A stretch of DNA of 20,525 bases from a virus: UHGV virus genome UHGV-2123520, one strand, 5' to 3'. Below the pieces are notes generated by a model. The model had not been told where the DNA came from. It saw nothing but the letters and a program-made list of their open reading frames with translations, and searched no databases. The translations under genes were made by a program, and so were the position numbers. Positions 16,276 through 20,525 of this stretch are shown here, piece by piece; the first letter of the stretch is position 1; every line of letters begins with the position of its first letter.

Positions 16276-16545
16276 ATGGGACTTGAAATGATTATCGGCC
16301 TGATTGTTGCTGCGCTGGCAGCAATTGCCGGTGCTTTTGGTCTGGGCAAATCACGTGGTGCCAGTATTGCTGAAACAAAAGCGGACCAGCAACGAACTGA
16401 AGAACGTGCAACTGCTACTGAAGCTGTTGCAGAACGCCGGGTAGAAACAACAAAAGGAGCCAGGGATGTACAACAGACTGTTAATCATCTTCCTGATGAC
16501 GATGTTGACCGTGAGTTGCGCGAAAAGTTTACCCGCAAAACCTGA
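16276..16545 (+). CDS. Rz-like inner-membrane spanin (i-spanin)
   Basis: N-terminal transmembrane segment MIIGLIVAALAAIAGAFGLG followed by a charged helical region; GAGG RBS; embedded overlapping lipoprotein ORF downstream. Confidence 0.55.
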   Translation: MGLEMIIGLIVAALAAIAGAFGLGKSRGASIAETKADQQRTEERATATEAVAERRVETTKGARDVQQTVNHLPDDDVDRELREKFTRKT

Positions 16546-16699
16546 AGTAACGGACACGGCCTGTGACTGGGTAAGCATAATCTACCTCACTGAGCACGAC
16601 ATTGAGGTTATGGACCGCCAGACTAAGAAAGATGTGTTGACTCATAACAGGTCCGTTCAGCGTAACTGTCCCAATAAAATCACCATGGCCTCGCAATAG
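16466..16699 (+). CDS. Rz1-like outer-membrane lipoprotein spanin (o-spanin), overlapping the i-spanin in another frame
   Basis: Signal peptide MYNRLLIIFLMTMLTVSC with lipobox-like TVSC; starts inside the Rz-like gene and extends past it. Confidence 0.5.
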   Translation: MYNRLLIIFLMTMLTVSCAKSLPAKPEVTDTACDWVSIIYLTEHDIEVMDRQTKKDVLTHNRSVQRNCPNKITMASQ

Positions 16700-16710
16700 C
16701 GGGGCTTTTT
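16688..16710 (+). terminator. Putative terminator after lysis cassette
   Basis: gcctcgc aata gcggggc (one G-U pair) followed by ttttt. Confidence 0.4.
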
Positions 16711-16823
16711 AATGCGCATCGCACGCGCACATCAAAGAAAGTCTTTCAGTTGTGAGCCTGGGCAAACCGTTAACTTTCGGCGGCTTTGCCGTGCGACAGG
16801 CTCACGTCTAAAAGGGTATAGCT

Positions 16824-16997
16824 ATGCAATTCGGCAAAAAATCAAAGTCAGGATTGAGGATGTTTATTCGTAATGACGGGATGATCATCAGCGATAAAAA
16901 GGGACGAACGCGCATTGTTATCGGTGTGCTCGGTGATGATAAACATGTCTTACGCACTGGTCGTCCTTCTACCTTCAAACAGTTAGGCCGCGCTTAA
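16824..16997 (+). CDS. Small basic hypothetical ORF (57 aa), below ORF-track threshold
   Basis: ATG 16824 with AAGGG 8 nt upstream; translation MQFGKKSKSGLRMFIRNDGMIISDKKGRTRIVIGVLGDDKHVLRTGRPSTFKQLGRA; ends 14 nt before the next gene. Confidence 0.3.
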   Translation: MQFGKKSKSGLRMFIRNDGMIISDKKGRTRIVIGVLGDDKHVLRTGRPSTFKQLGRA

Positions 16998-17011
16998 AAA
17001 AGGATCGAATA

Positions 17012-17626
17012 ATGGCTGAGAAAATTATTACGCTATCTGGCGCTGCTACTGACGTGCTGTATGCGCTCTTTTTCCGTGGCGCGTTGCTGTCAGGTGACCT
17101 GCCGTCTAAATCTGGTGCCGCTGAATTACGCGAGCTGGGTTTTGCTGAAACCAGACATACAGCAACTGAATACCAGAAAGAAAATCACTTTACCTTTCTG
17201 ACATCAGAAGGGCAGAAATTTGCCGTTGAACACCTGGTCAATTCCTTCGAACTTATTCGCAATGGAGTGTCATTCATCAAGGACGCCGCTATCGCAAATG
17301 GTGCTATCCACGCAGCGGCAATCGATACACCTCAGCCGGTGACCAATATCTACAACATCAGCTTTGGTGTTCGCAGTGATGAACCGGTGCAGAACAAGGT
17401 AACCACCAGCGCCGACAAATTTGAAGTTAATTCTGGTGTCGATACCAATCTCGAAGCGTTAATCGAAAATGTGCTGAAAAACGCTGCTGAATGTGCGGCG
17501 CTGGATGTCGCAAAGCAAGTGGCAGCAGACAAGAAAGCGATGGATGAACTGGCTTCCTATGTCCGCACGGCCATCATGATGGAATGTTTCCCCGGTGGTG
17601 TTATCTGGCAGCAGTGCCGTCGATAG
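17012..17626 (+). CDS. Hypothetical protein in moron position between lysis genes and cos
   Basis: 204-aa ORF with AAGGA RBS; no motif I can assign. Confidence 0.5.
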   Translation: MAEKIITLSGAATDVLYALFFRGALLSGDLPSKSGAAELRELGFAETRHTATEYQKENHFTFLTSEGQKFAVEHLVNSFELIRNGVSFIKDAAIANGAIHAAAIDTPQPVTNIYNISFGVRSDEPVQNKVTTSADKFEVNSGVDTNLEALIENVLKNAAECAALDVAKQVAADKKAMDELASYVRTAIMMECFPGGVIWQQCRR

Positions 17627-17680
17627 TGTGCAATTGATAATTATTATCAAAAGGTACTCCCGGAGGGGGACCCTGCCACG

Positions 17681-17692
17681 GGGCGGCGCGCT
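17681..17692. other. cosN-like cohesive-end site
   Basis: cacg GGGCGGCGCGCT cgcgg matches the lambda cos junction tacg GGGCGGCGACCT cgcgg at 10 of 12 cohesive-end positions and in both flanks; lies about 105 bp upstream of the small terminase gene. Confidence 0.5.
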
Positions 17693-17797
17693 CGCGGAAA
17701 ACGGCTAGTTTTTCAGATCTAAGGTCATCATCATCATTTGCGCAGGTTATTGATCTCATTGGAGGCGATTTCGTGCAGATGTCGAATCGTTTAAAAA

Positions 17798-18298
17798 GTG
17801 TTCACCATCATGGACCAGGAAATTGCCACTTTAAAACTGAATATCAACCAGTTGGCGGGGATCACTGGCGTACACCGTCAGACGGTCGCCGCCAGGCTGA
17901 AAAATATTGAACCGGCACCAGGTAGCAACAGCAAATTAAAGCTTTACCTGATCACCGACATTCTGACCGAACTGATGATCCCCACTGTGTCAGCCAATAT
18001 CGATGACATGCTGCCATCGGACAGGCTTTCCCACTGGAAAGCGGAGAATGAGCGACTCAAGTTTGAGCAGGATACGGGGCAGCTCATTCCCGCTGATGAA
18101 GTGGCGCGCGAATTCTCATTGATGGCGAAAGCCGTCGTCATGGTACTTGAAACCCTCCCTGATGTACTTGAGCGTGACTGTGCATTAACGCCTGTTGCGG
18201 TTTCTCGCGTGCAGAGCGTTATTGATGACCTGCGCGATCAGATGGCGGAGAGGGTGCAGGACGCTGAAGCAGAGGAGGAAGAGCCAGAGGAGGACTGA
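17798..18298 (+). CDS. Terminase small subunit (Nu1-like)
   Basis: N-terminal HTH LNINQLAGITGVHRQTVAARLKN parallels lambda Nu1 KKQLADIFGASIRTIQNW; acidic C-terminus; stop overlaps large-subunit start. Start uncertain (GTG 17798 or ATG 17810, neither with a clear RBS). Confidence 0.65.
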   Translation: MFTIMDQEIATLKLNINQLAGITGVHRQTVAARLKNIEPAPGSNSKLKLYLITDILTELMIPTVSANIDDMLPSDRLSHWKAENERLKFEQDTGQLIPADEVAREFSLMAKAVVMVLETLPDVLERDCALTPVAVSRVQSVIDDLRDQMAERVQDAEAEEEEPEED

Positions 18299-20400
18299 TG
18301 GCAAAGCGGGCATCAGCCAGAGGCATCCGCCGCGATGTTTCCGGTATCTTACGTGCCCCGCGTCGAATGCAGGTGGCCGATGCGGTCAGTACTTATATGC
18401 GCGTGCCGATGGGGGCGGGTAACTCCGTTCCATGGGATCCGGATCTGGCACCTTACGTGATTGAACCGATGAACTGCCTGGCATCGCGTGAATATGACGC
18501 GGTAGTGTTTGTTGGTCCGGCGCGAACGGGTAAAACCATTGGTCTGATTGATGGCTGGATTGTTTACAACGTTGTCTGTGATCCGGCTGATATGCTCCTG
18601 ATTCAGATGACTGAGGAAAAGGCGCGCGAGCACTCCAAAAAGCGTCTTGATCGTACATTCCGTTGCAGCCCTGAAGTGAAATCCCGACTGAGCCCGCGGC
18701 GTAATGATAACAACGTATATGACCGCACGTTTCGCGCCGGGAACTACCTGAAAATCGGCTGGCCATCGGTCAATATCATGTCCTCATCGGACTATAAATG
18801 CGTGGCACTGACCGACTATGACCGTTTCCCGGAAGACATTGACGGGGAAGGTGACGCCTTTTCACTGGCATCAAAGCGAACAACAACGTTCATGTCGTCA
18901 GGTATGACACTGGTTGAGAGTTCGCCGGGCCGCGACATACGTGACACAAAATGGCGCCGTAGCTCACCGCATGAAGCACCTCCTTCAACGGGGATTCTGG
19001 CGCTGTACAACCGTGGTGATCGCCGTCGCCTTTACTGGCCGTGCCCACATTGCGGTGAATATTTCCAGCCTGAAATGGACAATATGACAGGTTACCGCGA
19101 TATCGCGGACCCTGTTCAGGCCAGCGAGAAAGCCTGTCTTCAATGCCCTGCCTGTAAAGAGCACATCACTGCGGATATGAAGCGTTCGCTCAATATGAAA
19201 GGGAAGTGGCTGCGGGATGGGCAAACCATCGACAACGATGGTGTTATCACTGGGGAAGGGCGACGCTCGCGCATTGCCTCCTTCTGGATGGAAGGCCCTG
19301 CCGCCGCGTACCAGACCTGGGCGCAGCTCATCTATAAATTTCTTACCGCTGAGCAGGACTATCAGGCCACTGGCAGCGAGGAGGCACTGAAGACGGTAAT
19401 CAACACCGACTTTGGGCGTCCGTATCTTCCTCGCTCCAGCATGGAACAGCGCAAAAGTGAACTGCTTGAGCAGCGTGCGGAGGTTGTACCAAAGCGCTCT
19501 GTTCCGGACGGGGTTTGTTTCCTTATGGCGACCGTCGATGTTCAGGCGGGGCGCAACCGGCGTTTTGTTGTTCAGGTTACTGGCTACGGCAGCATGGGAG
19601 AGCGCTGGCTGGTGGACCGCTACAATATCAGGCAGTCGATGCGCTATGACGCCAATGGCGAGAGCCAGCAGATTGACCCGGCAAGCTATCCGGAAGACTG
19701 GGATTTATTGCTGACCGATGTGTTTAACAAAGCCTGGCCAATGGCATCGGATCCGACTAGGTGTATGCGGCTGATGGCGATGGCCGTTGACTCCGGCGGT
19801 GAGGATGGTGTGACCGACAACGCTTATAAATTCTGGCGTAAGTGCCGTCGGGAGGGACTAGGAAAACAGGTTTATCTGTTCAAAGGCGACAGTGTCCGCC
19901 GATCAAAACTCATCTCCAGAACCTTTCCTGATAATACCGGACGCTCAAGTCGACGAGCACAGGCTTCTGGTGATGTCCCGCTTTACCTGCTCCAGACCGA
20001 TGCTCTGAAAGACAGGGTGAACAACGCTTTGTGGCGTGATTCACCTGGCCCTGGCTATGTGCATTTCCCAGACTGGCTCGGCAGCTGGTTTTACGATGAA
20101 CTGACCTATGAGGAGCGTTCGACCGATGGTAAATGGAGTAAGCCGGGACGTGGTGCAAATGAAGCATTTGACCTGCTGGTCTACGCTGATGCGCTCGCCA
20201 TCCTCCACGGCTACGAGAAAATTAAATGGCCCGCTGCTCCTGAGTGGGCGAGGCGGGAAACCTGGCTGGAGAACGCGCCGCCGGAAGCTGGCGAAGCGTC
20301 ATCCCAAGCACCAGAACCAGTACCCGCCAAAAAACGGAAGCGGAGAAAGCCCGTAACCGATGATGCTAACCCTTGGAGTACTTCAGGAGGATGGTTGTGA
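18298..20400 (+). CDS. Terminase large subunit (lambda GpA-like)
   Basis: 700 aa; Walker A GPARTGKT; WPCPHCGEYFQPE parallels lambda gpA ACPHCGEEQYLKF; ATG overlaps upstream stop (TGATG). Confidence 0.85.
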   Translation: MAKRASARGIRRDVSGILRAPRRMQVADAVSTYMRVPMGAGNSVPWDPDLAPYVIEPMNCLASREYDAVVFVGPARTGKTIGLIDGWIVYNVVCDPADMLLIQMTEEKAREHSKKRLDRTFRCSPEVKSRLSPRRNDNNVYDRTFRAGNYLKIGWPSVNIMSSSDYKCVALTDYDRFPEDIDGEGDAFSLASKRTTTFMSSGMTLVESSPGRDIRDTKWRRSSPHEAPPSTGILALYNRGDRRRLYWPCPHCGEYFQPEMDNMTGYRDIADPVQASEKACLQCPACKEHITADMKRSLNMKGKWLRDGQTIDNDGVITGEGRRSRIASFWMEGPAAAYQTWAQLIYKFLTAEQDYQATGSEEALKTVINTDFGRPYLPRSSMEQRKSELLEQRAEVVPKRSVPDGVCFLMATVDVQAGRNRRFVVQVTGYGSMGERWLVDRYNIRQSMRYDANGESQQIDPASYPEDWDLLLTDVFNKAWPMASDPTRCMRLMAMAVDSGGEDGVTDNAYKFWRKCRREGLGKQVYLFKGDSVRRSKLISRTFPDNTGRSSRRAQASGDVPLYLLQTDALKDRVNNALWRDSPGPGYVHFPDWLGSWFYDELTYEERSTDGKWSKPGRGANEAFDLLVYADALAILHGYEKIKWPAAPEWARRETWLENAPPEAGEASSQAPEPVPAKKRKRRKPVTDDANPWSTSGGWL

Positions 20401-20525
20401 ACCGTGTTGATATTGAAGCCATGATCCAGCGTTATACCGAAGCCGAAATGGCGGTGCTGGATGGCAAAACTATCCGTTTCAATGGGCAGGAAATGACGAT
20501 GGAGAATCTGTCGGAAATCCGTAAA
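20397..20525 (+). CDS. Head-tail joining protein (lambda W-like), 5' partial at window end
   Basis: GTG 20397 with AGGAGG 7 nt upstream, overlapping the terminase TGA; translation VNRVDIEAMIQRYTEAEMAVLDGKTIRFNGQEMTMENLSEIRK resembles gpW in length class and position. Confidence 0.45.
   Translation, partial: MNRVDIEAMIQRYTEAEMAVLDGKTIRFNGQEMTMENLSEIRK

Larger units (their letters stand above)
1..20525. mobile_element. Lambdoid prophage segment (partial: xis side through terminase and first head gene); integrase and attachment sites not in window
   Basis: Gene order and content typical of lambda-like phages: xis-like, early-left operon, cI/cro with palindromic operators, O-like gene with iterons, RusA, Q-like gene followed by terminator, lysis cassette, cosN-like GGGCGGCGCGCT, Nu1-like and GpA-like terminases. 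Confidence 0.85.

Noticed and set aside
1-20525. Antisense and shadow ORFs listed inside confident genes (for example 179..463, 547..771, 820..1182, 1112..1327, 2478..2801, 4363..4629, 9389..9874, 11000..11371, 18349..18766, 19910..20167)
   Set aside because: Each lies opposite or out of frame within a gene supported by motifs and operon coupling; none has an RBS or a recognisable motif.
1-20525. CRISPR array, insertion sequence or transposon
   Set aside because: No repeat-spacer periodicity, no terminal inverted repeats flanking a transposase-like ORF, and no transposase motif seen.

Overview
The window is one contiguous stretch of a lambdoid (lambda-like, cos-packaging) prophage from an enterobacterial-type genome, with no rRNA, tRNA, CRISPR or IS element that I can support. 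Order left to right: an excisionase-like gene at the left edge; a leftward, translationally coupled early operon (DnaQ-like exonuclease, HNH nuclease, Ea22-like protein, HD-domain nucleotidase, RdgC homologue); about 0.7 kb of structured non-coding DNA; a pair of antiparallel overlapping zinc-finger ORFs; the immunity region (OL palindromes, S24/LexA-type CI repressor, OR palindromes, Cro); an O-like replication initiator with internal iterons; a nin-like block (Dam-family methyltransferase, RusA, antirepressor, HNH-motif protein); a Q-like gene with a tR'-like terminator; a small wHTH ORF plus a second DNA methyltransferase; the lysis cassette (two holin-like proteins, GH19 endolysin, overlapping spanins); a moron slot; a cosN-like site; small and large terminase; and the start of a W-like head gene. 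The most likely places for something undescribed are the structured non-coding block with the adjacent zinc-finger ORF pair (5155-6223) and the moron slot between lysis and cos (16700-17630). All family assignments are from motifs read by eye and recalled family knowledge; no database search or computation was run, and several start codons are uncertain.
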